Origin: Octopus bimaculoides
Lineage: Eukaryota
Reading direction: 5' to 3'
Assembly (NCBI RefSeq): GCF_001194135.2
Contig: NC_068981.1
Span: forward strand, 28,988,486-29,052,485
DNA length: 64,000 nucleotides
In this document: in pieces, positions 24,529-36,700 of the stretch
How the letters are laid out: each line of letters opens with the position of its first letter
Position numbering within the stretch: position 1 is the first letter of the stretch
Notes under the pieces: model-generated
Database searches by the model: none
Seen by the model: only the letters and a program-made list of their open reading frames with translations
Told to the model about the DNA's origin: nothing
Position numbers and translations under genes: made by a program

Positions 24529-25020
24529 TCAAGTTAACAATGCTTTACTTAGGATGCTGGCAGTACAAGTGAGAACAATTTTCCGTAGTTCTGATTACTT
24601 ACAGCTTCTTAGTATTTGGCCATAGTGCTGAAGAGCATCATTTGGCATTGTCCCTAAGTCTTCAATGATAACAGGTACAGATTCCACATTTTGAGACTTG
24701 TATTTCAAAGTCCTTATGCTTAACTTTTCAAATGCTTTTACAGATGTATTGCAGTCTTTTGGGATTGACACATCTATGAGCAGAGAAATTTTTCCGATGT
24801 GATTTTATGCTACAATACTTAGTCGACTATTCTATACAGCACGAACGTCCCAGACAAAAGTAATATCTTATTTTCTACTACTTTGGCAGTCCTCATACGA
24901 GAGTTCAAGTTTACTGCATATAATCCACAGCAAATACCGGCCAAGTCTATCATGACGATATAATATATTTATCTGAGATTATCATACAGTATATCCTCCT
25001 CATCCCTCTTCTTATTTTGT
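24529..25020 (-). mobile_element. R4/Dong-type LINE 3' coding remnant (zinc-knuckle-adjacent region and restriction-like endonuclease)
   Basis: Minus strand: RHDRLGRYLLWIICSKLEL..VWD..NHIGKISLLIDVSIPKDCNTSVKAFEKLS..VPVIIEDLGTM..ELRKIVLTCTASILSKALL*. Matches the RHD, LIDVSIP and VPVIIGALG/LQKxVLLGT motifs of RLE LINEs. Confidence 0.82.
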
Positions 25021-25044
25021 TGTCGCTATATTATTATAATTATT

Positions 25045-25128
25045 GAGTGAGGGAACAGTGCGTGCCATCAAAGTCACAGTACAGTAAAAACATACGAAGC
25101 CCAGTATAACCATTATGAGTGCCCGTCA
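25045..25128 (-). repeat. Diverged partial 3'-end copy of the 25185-25730 element
   Basis: GAGTGAGGGAACAGTGCGTGCCATCAA..ATACGAAGCCCAGTATA matches 25185-25265. Confidence 0.85.
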
Positions 25129-25184
25129 TTTCAGACCTTGCACCTATATTAGAAAAGATTATTATTACTATTATTATTATTATT

Positions 25185-25730
25185 GAGCGAGAGAGCAGTG
25201 CATGCCATCAACGTGACACTGGGGTAAAATATACGAAGCCCAGTATACCCATTGTAACTACCCGTCTGATAAGGGTACATCTGGCACATGCGTCATAACC
25301 ATATATGCACGACATGGTGATCTCATATCAAGATTAACAGCGCATGACCTTGAAGATAGGGGCTAGTTAGAATTTTCTTCAGGTCGGGTGGCCCGTGCTG
25401 CTCAATAAGGGTTGTTTAAGGATGTTGAATGAAACACCCATGTTTCTAGAGGTGAATAATCCAAACTCGAAAGAATCCCTCTCAACACATGGATATGATG
25501 CTCCCTCACTACTTCTGCTCGTGATCAGAGATGCACATATCGCCAGCCAGTCAGGGACATTGCACAACTGGTTAAGGTCAAACAGCTGATAAGCAAATCT
25601 GTGGCATTGAGCAGAATATTTGCTGTAGCCCATCTTTTTATACCAAGACAAAACAATGTACATGATAACACTTCGAATCAGTTAAGATCAGAAGCCATGA
25701 GAGTCACTGCCTGGTACTACCTCCGGGCAT
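25185..25730 (-). mobile_element. ~550-bp non-coding retroposon embedded in (TAA)n
   Basis: Complex sequence bounded on both sides by (TTA)n. No credible ORF and no clear tRNA A/B boxes. Its 3' end is duplicated nearby and it lies next to an R4/Dong remnant in the same orientation. Confidence 0.6.
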
Positions 25731-25934
25731 TTATTATTATTGATTATTATTGATTATTATTATTATTATTGATTATTATTAATATTACTCATATTATTAT
25801 TATTATTATTAATATTATTATTATTATTAATATTATTATTATTATTAATATTATTAATATTATTATTATTATTATTAATATTATTATTATTATTATTAAT
25901 NNNNNNNNNNTAATATTATTATTATTATTATTAT

Positions 25935-25965
<31 letters not shown>

Positions 25966-26110
25966 ATTATTAATATTATTATTATTAATATTATTATTAT
26001 TATTAATATTATTAATATTATTATTATTATTATTAATATTATTATTATTATTATTAATATTATTAATATTATTATTATTATTATTATTAATATTATTATT
26101 ATTATTAGTA
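25731..26110. repeat. Compound (TTA)n/(TTAATA) microsatellite array
   Basis: Direct reading; contains a 10-N gap. Confidence 0.95.
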
Positions 26111-26422
26111 GTAGTAGTTGTACTAGTAGCAACGATAATATTGTAATGATGGTTTTAGGAAGTGTTTGTGTTGTAGTATAATTAGTATGAATAATAATAC
26201 TCTTACCGTAGTTGTAATATAACTCGGTAGTAGTATGACAACCGCACAACACACAACTTGCTCCGCTCCCATCTTCGCCGTCGTCGTTGTCATCGTCATC
26301 ATCAACGTCGTCAGCATCATTGTCGTCGTGTTCATATTTTCATTGTTATTCCACTGAAAATATATCAACGTTAGTAGCCGAGGAAGCAAGTTTAAAAACG
26401 AAGCAAAGACAGAATAAGGCAG

Positions 26423-26531
<109 letters not shown>

Positions 26532-26637
26532 TCTTTCTTTATATTCATATTCCTTTTCTTTGTCTGACCTCCCTAGACTCACCTCTCCGTCTGTCTCTAT
26601 TTCTCTCTCTACCCCCTCTCTCTCTGTTTCTTTCAAG

Positions 26638-26777
26638 ACATCTTACCTCACTCACTCCAGTCGATTTATCTGCAGCTGCATTTGGCTTCGTCCTGTCAGT
26701 CAAGACATCTGCTCTTGATACGCAATGATAACATTCTTTTCTGAGTTGATAGTCAGTGTCCAACCACATGCAGGTAG
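26638..26777 (+). CDS. Candidate exon containing possible start codons; tandem donors after 26773 and 26777
   Basis: Long pyrimidine tract plus TTTCAAG acceptor, ending CATGCAG|GTAG|GTAAGT. All three frames have stops in the 5' part. ATG 26725 opens MITFFSELIVSVQPHA to the donor; ATG 26768 gives MQ. No homology recognised. Confidence 0.35.
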
Positions 26778-27194
26778 GTAAGTTGTGCTTTTCTTTTTTT
26801 TCCTACACACACCCCATTTTTTTTCTTTTTTTCTCTGGAGTTCGAGATTTGAGAGCGGTGAAAAGCCGAAAGCAGTGAATAACTTGAAGGCGGCAAAGAA
26901 ACGAGAGGTGGGAGCAGAAAGAAAGCCTCGGTTTTATAGAAAAAAAAAATGCAGTGACAATAACTCCACCCTTGCCATCATCACTGACAACATTAGCAAT
27001 ACCAGCAACAACACCACTACAGCTAACAATAATATTACCGAGTTCAGCACCATCCCAACTCCGGTAACAACGACCGGTACTGTCACTCACCACCACCACC
27101 ACAATTACCACCGCCGTCACCACTACTCGCGCTTAAACCAGTCCTGACCGGTTCAACGAACGCCGCCATTAACAGCATCATCATTCTTTTATCC

Positions 27195-27620
27195 TTTTAT
27201 TCTCTTACTTTTTTTCGGTCATTTGAATGCGGCCATGCTGGAGCACCGCCTTGAAGGGTTTTAGACGAACAAATGCACACCAGGACTTATTTTCTTAAGC
27301 CTTGTACTTATTCTGTCGCTCTGTTCTGCCGAACAGCTAATCCACGGGGACGTAGACACACCGACACCGGTTGTCATGCAGTGAAGGGGTAGGAGAACAA
27401 ACACAGACACAGTCACATACACATAGATACATACACACACACACTCACACACACACAAACACACATACACACGCGCGCGCGTATATATAAATGGTGGGCT
27501 TCTTTGAGTTTCCGCCTACCAAATCCTCTCGCAAAGTATTTGTGGACTCGAGGCTATAGCAGAAGTTATTTATCCAGGCTGTATCGCAGTGGGACTGAAC
27601 CCGGAACCACTTAACCACGC
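27195..27620 (-). mobile_element. SINE family A (older, diverged full copy)
   Basis: Tail GTCATTTGAATGCGGCCATGCTGGAGCACCGCC, internal (CA)n, head GTGGGACTGAACCCGGAACC. Confidence 0.88.
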
Positions 27621-27771
27621 CTGCATCGTTGCCATTATTGTCGTCGGTATCGTCATCATCATCATCATCATCCATCACCATCATCACCATCATCATCATC
27701 ATCGTCATCATCATCAGCAGCATTACCATCATCGTTTTCACTTAGCAGAAAGACTAGCACAGAGAGAGATT

Positions 27772-27803
<32 letters not shown>

Positions 27804-27812
27804 GAGAGAGAT

Positions 27813-27890
<78 letters not shown>

Positions 27891-28804
27891 TAACATCATA
27901 TAAAGCAACACGAAACAAAATAATACTGATATTAATAAAAAAAAAACATTCAACAAATAGACAAATGAACTACACCGACTACACTGTTTAACAACAACAA
28001 CAATAACAACAACATCAACAATAGTGATGGAACAGACAACGAAGAAATGGTTCATACAGGTCACGTGGGTGGGCAGCTTAGTGGCAGAGTGGCTGGTTGG
28101 TCGGCTGGCAGGCCGATTGGCTTGCCGGTTAGTTGAATAGATGCAGGTTATAAGATGGAAGGATGTTTTAAGCTCCTTGACACCAGATGGTAGAGGCAAC
28201 GGATGATCTTTCATTGAACCTGTCTACGAAAAAAAGAACTCCAGGCCTCCCTGTCCGTCATCTTTTGCTTGACATTAAAAAAACAAACCCTCCCTTTTTT
28301 ACGTCCAACCAAAATCGACAACACACAACAACGTCAACAGCAAACACCATACTACATCACTAGCAGCAGCAGCACCACCACCACCACAACTACCACCACC
28401 ACCATCACCACCACCACCACCACCACAGCCGCCGCCACGACGACGACGACGACCACCACTACNNNNNNNNNNNNNNNNNNNNNNNNNNNNNNNNNNNNNN
28501 NNNNNNNNNNNNNNNNNNNNNNNNNNNNNNNNNNNNNNNNNNNNNNNNNNNNNNNNNNNNNNNNNNNNNNNNNNNNNNNNNNNNNNNNNNNNNNNNNNNN
28601 NNNNNNNNNNNNNNNNNNNNNNNNNNNNNNNNNNNNNNNNNNNNNNNNNNNNNNNNNNNNNNNNNNNNNNNNNNNNNNNNNNNNNNNNNNNNNNNNNNNN
28701 NNNNNNNNNNNNNNNNNNNNNNNNNNNNNNNNNNNNNNNNNNNNNNNNNNNNNNNNNNNNNNNNNNNNNNNNNNNNNNNNNNNNNNNNNNNNNNNNNNNN
28801 NNNN

Positions 28805-29055
28805 TCCTTTTCTTCTTCTTCTTCCTCCTTTTCTTCTTCTTCTTCCTCCTTTTCTTCTTCTTCTTCTTCCTCCTTCTTCTTCTTCCTCCTTTTCTTCTTC
28901 CTTTTCTTCTTCTTCTTCTTCTTCCTCCTTTTCTTCTTCTTCCTTTTCTTCTTCTTCTTCCTTTTCTTCTTCTTCTTCTTCTTCTTCCTCCTCCTTTTCT
29001 TCTTCTTCTTCTTATTTTTCTTCTTCTCTTTCTTCTTCTCTTTCTTCTTCTTCTT
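28805..29055. repeat. (CTT/CCT)n polypyrimidine tract
   Basis: About 250 nt almost purely C/T on the + strand. Confidence 0.95.
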
Positions 29056-29741
29056 TACATTTCGATCGTCACCATCATCCTCATCACCCTCGGCTACCTA
29101 CCGTAATCATCATCTGCAACATCATCGCCGCCACCACTACGGCCGCCACCACCCGACCCNNNNNNNNNNACACGACGACGACGACGACCACCACCACCAC
29201 CACCACCACCACCACCAGTATATGCCATATTCTGCTCTTCTCAGCTTGATTTTCTGCATCCCATATCATCACCAGTAACATCGTTGCCGTCATCATCATC
29301 ATGGTAAATAGCAGCGGCCGCCTCAGCATCAGCAGCATACACAATAATCTCGAACAATATCACCACCTTCATCACCATCTTCACCAACAGCTGCGCAACA
29401 CCTAAAAAGAACCAGCCTCGGTATTATTGTAAGAAATATGGAAAAATGCTGCTACTACTACTACTACTACTACTACTACAACTACTACTACTACCACTAC
29501 TACTACAATTATCACTGCTACTGTTACTGCTAGGGTTGCTATAACTAGCAACTGCCACAATTTTTATAGCTTCATAATTTTTAAAATTATAAATAATTCT
29601 TATTTAAAAAAAGAATAATGACATTACCAGATATATAGGAAAGGAATGATGGTGAAGATGCTGATGATGATAAGTAGGATGACGATGACGATCTTGATGA
29701 TGATGATAATAATAATAATAATAATAATCATAATAATAATT

Positions 29742-30058
29742 GAGATATGACAGGTTAGCTGAAAAGTCGAGAGATATGACAGGTTAGCTTGGGAAGTTAA
29801 GCAATTGTGGTCGATGAAAAAAGTAGCAGTAGTACCAATAAATATCGGAGTTTAGGGAAAGGTGAGCAAAAATTTCGAGAAGTACGTGGAACAAAAAGGG
29901 GTTGCAATAAAACTGGAGTACTTGCAGAAAACAGTCCTACTTGGAACCGTTCGAATACTTCGGAAGGTGCTCGGAAAATAAGAGGTCTTACTTTAGTTCA
30001 CTGGTAGTGAACAGCTGACACATGAGTACATCTCCAGCGGTAGAAGCTGTGTAAAGGC
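29742..30058 (+). mobile_element. 5'-truncated R4/Dong-type LINE (RLE C-terminus and 3' UTR) inserted in (TAA)n
   Basis: Frame 29763-29981: KVERYDRLAWEVKQLWSMKKVAVVPINIGV*GKVSKNFEKYVEQKG..LEYLQKTVLLGTVRILRKVLGK*. (TAA)n on both sides, and a 19-nt duplication at the 5' junction. Confidence 0.9.
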
Positions 30059-30092
<34 letters not shown>

Positions 30093-30199
30093 TTAGTATC
30101 ACACATACACGCACGCATAGACACGCATGCATACGTATATACAACCGTCTAACACACATATACTTTGGAATTGAAAGCTATAACAGCCAACGAACTGAG

Positions 30200-30430
30200 T
30201 GCCATTGCATAATACCAAAGAACCTAGTATTGCGACAACTTGGGCTTTAGGGGACTACACCAGTTTAACATCCTGGCAAGAATCTAAGAGATATTCAAGG
30301 TGTAGATATCGAAACGTACAAAAGTGTACCTGGAAAATTTTCTATCTGAAATCCCAGAATAGCCTGCATCGCGGCAGGAGGCACAAAGAAGAGCAGCTTC
30401 GTCGAACTCGATTTTTCCCCAAAAACAGTG
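30200..30430 (+). mobile_element. CR1-group LINE 3' coding end
   Basis: LGFRGLHQFNIL..NLRDIQGVDIETYK..VYLENFLSEIPE*PASRQEAQRRAASSNSI, resembling the C-terminal FKxxLDxFLxxIPDEP..RAAxSNS of CR1-like ORF2. Confidence 0.7.
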
Positions 30431-33239
30431 CCGAAAGGAAACTCGAAAACACTGAAAGGCAGTGCTGCAGCATGGCCCTCGCCGCTGGCTGAAACCAGTA
30501 CAATAATAAAATTATATATATATACAATTTAATGAGAGTGCATGCGTGTATGAAGGTGTGTATATCAAGGAATGGCTGGCTCTGAAACGGTGCGTTCTCA
30601 AAAAAATGAATTTGATTCCTGAAATTTCTGTCCCAAACAGAACGTTTTCGGTAAAAAGATATGCTTTAATAACTCAACTTTCAAATCGCCAAATCTATCT
30701 ATCTATCTATCTATCTATCTATGTACCTGTCTGTCTGTCTGTCTGTATGTCTGGCTGTCTCTCTCTCTCTCTCTATTTGTTTCTCTTTTTTTCTTAACGC
30801 TTTTCCCCCCTCTTATATATTTACCACACAAACTCTATATATTTACCACACATTCTATCTCTCCTCCGCACTAGTATATCGCTCACGCTGCGTGTGTGTA
30901 AGTGTTTGTATGTGCATGTGTGTGTACGTGTGTGAGTGTATATGTGTGTGTGTGTGAGTGTAAATGTGTGCGTGTGTGTGCATGTGTAGGCGACAGAGTC
31001 GAAAGAATCTCATAAAGCATCAGCGGCGCGTTCAGAAGACATCCGAACAGAGAAGAAATAGATGAAACAGAGAAAGAATAGATGAAATGCATGAACGAGT
31101 TCCAGTGGCAGAGTCTCAGGAGACACCTGAACATAGGATGCATCAATTAGATGATAAGTGAGCAAGGCTCTCAGTCGAGCAGACTCAGGAGACGATGTCC
31201 CATTTCCATTTCAAGAATTGAAAGAAAGAAACATCTTTGCATCAGTGAACCAAATTGAAAAACAAAGAACTTCATTTGTGGCGAGATTATAAATTGTCCC
31301 AAATAAGGCAGAAATGCGGCCGGCTCAGGAGGCCTATGCATCGGAGAAGACATGGACTCACTTGGAATAAAAAAATATATTCCGAGAGTTCTAGAAGTTC
31401 CCGTGTGTGAATTGGTTTCCAGTGGATAAAGTGTAGCACAGCTCTGCACCAAAATTTCAGCGCAATCAACTAGAAAAGCGGTGGCACAACAGAGGTTGAG
31501 ATGACAAGATTGAAACTGTACATCAAGTTTTCCTTTTACCTTCCATTAGAACAGAGGTCAGCGAAACAAGTAAAAATGAAATTCTTGGGGATAATGAGAA
31601 TCCATTATACATAAGTAAAATTATATGAACATCATGCTTCTTGACATCTATCATTTTCTCCCTTTCAAATCAAAGAGGTAACGTAGGTGTAAGTAAATAT
31701 ATTTTGGGGTAATTGGTTAAAAAGTTCCCCGACCCCTGCCTTTGAAGGAATTTGTAACGTGGATTAGGGATCTGTCACTCCTAGTAGTTCATATCTGGGA
31801 GCCTAACAAGAACTACACTTCGGATCAGACGTTGGAACAATGGTAGTTAAGAGGAAGTCCTATATTCCCCAAAACCCTGGAACTAGGTTGGTTTGCATTG
31901 ACCAATCACCTATCCTGAAAACTGCTGGGCGTGTCCTTTATTTAGAAAAAATTATTAATGGCATTGCGATACTTATTTACAGAATGTACTTTAAAATCAT
32001 ACCTATACATACATATATACGTATATATATACCTCCCTACATATATACTTACACACACACACATGTATGTATATATGTATGTATAGTAGCCGTTTGAGTC
32101 AGTTATACTTGCTCGTGCAGATAAATGCTGAGTGTGCTTGGATATGAAGAAGCAATAAATCAGCTTTTAAGCTTTGGGCATCTCGTTTTTACTTTGTGGA
32201 TGATATTTGTGTGACATTTTAAACTTAAGATATCTGATCTTTGCATTAAAAATATTTTCTCTACTCTATTTAGCACTATCATTAAGATGGTAAGAAGAAA
32301 TATAACTATCATTGATGCAGTGGTAGATGTATCAGCGATATAGAGAAGAAAAAAGCAAAAATTATTCAGCAGATGTAGACTTAAATTGAAATATTTTCTC
32401 ATGATAATGCTTGAAAAAGGGGAGGGGATGATTCAAATCAGTATAAAACAAATACTTGATGAAACAAAACAAAACATATCTTAGACACGACATTTGTCTA
32501 TAATCAACATAAATATTCGGCTCTACAATTGCAAATTTATAGAGTTTTGTATTAATAAAAAACAAAACAAATATTTACTTTATGTTTCAAGCCATTGAAT
32601 AAGTGACAGCAGAACACGGCCCCAAGCCATAAACTTAATTCCAAACATGAATCCATGCGATGAAATGCAAAGTACTGTTAACCTTACCTAGATTCTGTCG
32701 GCATTAAAATTGTTCTCAAATATTCAGGTGTCAATCACATTTCTTTCATATTGTTTAGCATTCTGCTTTTCTGCACATTAACCCATTAAATATATTTTCA
32801 TATATTTCAGCTATAATAACGGATATTTCCTACCACCTTTGTTCTTGAAATAAATGGTACGATATCAATATGTCTTAAAAGAGATGATTATTTGTAATGA
32901 TATCGATCTCTTTAGATACAAAGAAGAGAATAATAAGACAGCGGCTTTCATACTTTTATCAAGAGCATTAATAATATATAAACATTTTTCAAGGACATTA
33001 TCGCTAATATATGGTTCTGGTCTGAGACACACGGCCATTTTGCTTGAAATGCACGACATAGGAGAAAGAGAGATAGAATATACGTGCATTTCTCTCGTCA
33101 GCGACGAAAGAGAGATAAACTGCAACAGCTAAGAATAAAAAGATTAACGAGAAATCCGAACAGTTAAGCTCGAAAGGGTAAATCAGTACTTATTTTCTTC
33201 AACCGTTTAAATGTGACAGCTAAAACAAAATTAACTACT

Positions 33240-33630
33240 CTCTTTTATTCTTTTACTTGTTTCAGTTATTATTTGACTGGGGCCATGCTGGAGCACCGCC
33301 TTTAGTCGAGCAAATCGACCCCAGATCTTATTCTTTGTAAGCCTAGTACTTATTCTATCGGTCTCTTATGCAGAACCGCTAAGTTACGGGGACGTAAACA
33401 CACCAGCATCGGTTGTCAAGCGATGTTGGGGGGGGGGGGTCAAACACAGACACACAAACATATACACACACATATATATACATATATACGACGGGCTTCT
33501 TTCAGTTTCCATCTACCAAATCCACTCACAAGGCTTTGGTCGGCCCGAGGCTATTGTAGAAGACACTTGCTCAAGGTGTCACGCAGTGGGACTGAACCCG
33601 GAACTTACCGCACAGCCACTCCTACGCCTA
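33240..33630 (-). mobile_element. SINE family A, complete reference-like copy
   Basis: tRNA-like head with B-box GGTTCAGTCCC (minus strand), CORE-like CCTTGAGCAAGTGTCTTCT, internal (TA/TG) tract and A-rich tail. Confidence 0.92.
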
Positions 33631-34180
33631 TAAATAAAATACTATCAAATAAAAATTTATGAATCTATGTTATGTTATGATTTTCTTTCTGTATCAAATC
33701 TAGAAATGTAGGGATATGATTTCGAGGTCATTTGACATAAAAGATATTGAAAAGAAAAATAGCACATTATATATTTTGCCGATAATCTAATATAATAATT
33801 AGCCACATGTATTTATTCGCTATCACACTTGGGTGTACTCTGGAAGTAAGGAAAGCTTTTAAAGAGCAAATAGTTTACGAGTAAGTAATAATAGAAATAA
33901 AACAAATGTGAGTGGACTGATGGAGGAGGGTTCGTCTGCAGCATTTGACAGGTGAAGCTAACAAAGAAAAAGTGAGTGGAAGAATTAAAATATGAGCAGG
34001 TTGGAGTAGTGGTGTAAAAAGGGGACACATGTATCATTGTTAGGTCTGTTTTCATTCATAAAAAAGCACAGAAGTCGATAAAATGTGTACCTTACATGTT
34101 AATGTTTCTCCTAGCAGCTGATCGCCACTGTGGGCGACAATTCTCTCTCATTGTGTGGATGTATGCGTGTATGTATGTAA

Positions 34181-34220
<40 letters not shown>

Positions 34221-35986
34221 TTGGGTATGTATGTGTACGTGCGTGCGCGCGCGCGTGTATGTGCGTGTATGTATGTATGTTTGTATGTATGTATGCATAT
34301 ATGTGGTGTGTGTGTAAATACACACATTCTTTTCATATTCTACTTATTTCAATCCTTAAAATGCGATGACGTATCGCCTACACAGAAGCACCTGATTGTT
34401 GGCAGAGTCGAAAAAGCTATGAGTCTGGGTAACATCACATATTATACTCTCTCTCTCTCTCTCTCTGACGTACACACACACGCACGCACACGCCCACACC
34501 CACACCCACACCCACACACACACACACACACATTATACTGTGTTTAAACGTGTTGCTTTTATTGTTAAATTGTTCAAAGTAGATTTATGTGCTTCCAAGC
34601 CACGAACACGCACGACCCAGTTTATAACATTACGAACAACTTTAAATGTTATATTTGAAATATTCATAACTATTTTCTCTGATCCTTAATATTCAGTAAT
34701 ATTAACATATCAATTGAACATTCTNNNNNNNNNNNNNNNNNNNNNNNNNNNNNNNNNNNNNNNNNNNNNNNNNNNNNNNNNNNNNNNNNNNNNNNNNNNN
34801 NNNNNNNNNNNNNNNNNNNNNNNNNNNNNNNNNNNNNNNNNNNNNNNNNNNNNNNNNNNNNNNNNNNNNNNNNNNNNNNNNNNNNNNNNNNNNNNNNNNN
34901 NNNNNNNNNNNNNNNNNNNNNNNNNNNNNNNNNNNNNNNNNNNNNNNNNNNNNNNNNNNNNNNNNNNNNNNNNNNNNNNNNNNNNNNNNNNNNNNNNNNN
35001 NNNNNNNNNNNNNNNNNNNNNNNNNNNNNNNNNNNNNNNNNNNNNNNNNNNNNNNNNNNNNNNNNNNNNNNNNNNNNNNNNNNNNNNNNNNNNNNNNNNN
35101 NNNNNNNNNNNNNNNNNNNNNNNNNNNNNNNNNNNNNNNNNNNNNNNNNNNNNNNNNNNNNNNNNNNNNNNNNNNNNNNNNNNNNNNNNNNNNNNNNNNN
35201 NNNNNNNNNNNNNNNNNNNNNNNNNNNNNNNNNNNNNNNNNNNNNNNNNNNNNNNNNNNNNNNNNNNNNNNNNNNNNNNNNNNNNNNNNNNNNNNNNNNN
35301 NNNNNNNNNNNNNNNNNNNNNNNNNNNNNNNNNNNNNNNNNNNNNNNNNNNNNNNNNNNNNNNNNNNNNNNNNNNNNNNNNNNNNNNNNNNNNNNNNNNN
35401 NNNNNNNNNNNNNNNNNNNNNNNNNNNNNNNNNNNNNNNNNNNNNNNNNNNNNNNNNNNNNNNNNNNNNNNNNNNNNNNNNNNNNNNNNNNNNNNNNNNN
35501 NNNNNNNNNNNNNNNNNNNNNNNNNNNNNNNNNNNNNNNNNNNNNNNNNNNNNNNNNNNNNNNNNNNNNNNNNNNNNNNNNNNNNNNNNNNNNNNNNNNN
35601 NNNAATAAAAATTTGATTTAAGTTCGGAAAGAAAGCCGTTGTCGAACGTTGTATCTCCTTATGGCCCCGGAACGTTGGTAATTCTGAAAGCAGAACCGTT
35701 TTCTAATGTTATTAGTACCTGAGCTTACAATCGTTCGAATAACAAGAAAGCAGTGAACTCGATTATTTCACCACAGATTATTTATCATATAAAGTCATTA
35801 TTCATACTCGAGATAACATCGACATCTTACTGGTTTTTTTCCTAGTTTGTGTATATACGGACACAGGCTTAGCTTTATTGATTAAAATATTCATATCACG
35901 CTCATCGAGTCCCTGGTTAAACCGCATTGAGTAGCATCTTGTACGTGTATCTTTACAAATAGCCTTGTTTCGACTCAATCCTTTAG

Positions 35987-36004
35987 AAGCTGGTGAAAAT
36001 CGCG
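35987..36004 (+). CDS. Candidate 18-nt microexon (AAGCTGGTGAAAATCGCG)
   Basis: CCTTGTTTCGACTCAATCCTTTAG acceptor and G|GTAAGT consensus donor. Frame-preserving; open in phase 0 (KLVKIA) and phase 1 (xAGENR), stop in phase 2. Splice-signal evidence only. Confidence 0.4.
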
Positions 36005-36020
36005 GTAAGTCCGTCGGATT

Positions 36021-36410
36021 GCTGTTGGCACTCCGTCGCTTACGACGTCGAGGGTTCCAGTTGATCCGATCTCAACCGAACAGCCTGCTCGTGAAATTAA
36101 CGTGCAAGTGGCTGAGCAATCCACACACACGTGTACCCTTAACGTAGTTCTCGGGGATATTCAGCATGACACAGAGTGTGACAAGGCTGGCCCTTTGAAT
36201 TACAGGCACAACAGAAACAGGAAGTAAGAGTGAGAGAAAGTTGTGGTGAAAGAGTACAGCAGGGTTCGCCACCATCCCCTGCCGGAGCCTCGTAGAACTT
36301 TAGGTGTTTTCGTTCAATAAACACTCACAACGCTCGGTCTGGGAATCGAAACCGCGATCCTATGACCGCGAGTCCGCTGCCCTAACCACTGGGCCATTGC
36401 ACCTCCACAC
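36021..36410 (-). mobile_element. SINE family C, full length, 10-bp TSD
   Basis: TSD CCGTCGGATT at 36011-20 and 36411-20; close reverse-complement match to 22112-22556. Confidence 0.95.
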
Positions 36411-36589
36411 CCGTCGGATTATACCAGTAATTAAAAGTTAAAACCTTGTTAGGAATACCAACGTACTATGGAAACCTTATGAATGCCAAAAGCTCCATAG
36501 AAGGCTCATCACGGATAAATAAATATTATGACAACAAGGAGGACTATACAATCAACATTTCGTTAGCATTCATTATTAATTTAGGCAAA

Positions 36590-36700
36590 ACTTTTCTTAC
36601 GAATTTGGACAGACAGTGATGAAAAGCGTTCATACGTTACAGTTTTGGGTATTCTTGTAAGCAATAAACAACATGATAAATCAATAAATACCAGAATAAG
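36590..36700 (-). mobile_element. Possible hAT dimerisation-domain remnant
   Basis: LLLTRIPKTVTYERFSSLSVQIRKK resembles LLTIPVTVASAERSFSKLKLIK; short and degenerate. Confidence 0.35.

Noticed and set aside
25340-25410. Possible HDV-like ribozyme in the TAA-embedded element (CUAA followed by a short pairing)
   Set aside because: Could not build P1/P1.1/P3/P4 by eye; needs a descriptor search on a consensus.
26545-26769. Minus-strand ORF with a GAG|GTAAGA donor near 26647
   Set aside because: No good minus-strand acceptor; the + strand has both a strong acceptor and strong donors.
30985-31500. Purine-rich coding-like stretch with HLGIKK, possibly a Gypsy integrase remnant
   Set aside because: Too many stops and frameshifts to assign; probably a decayed retroelement of unknown class.
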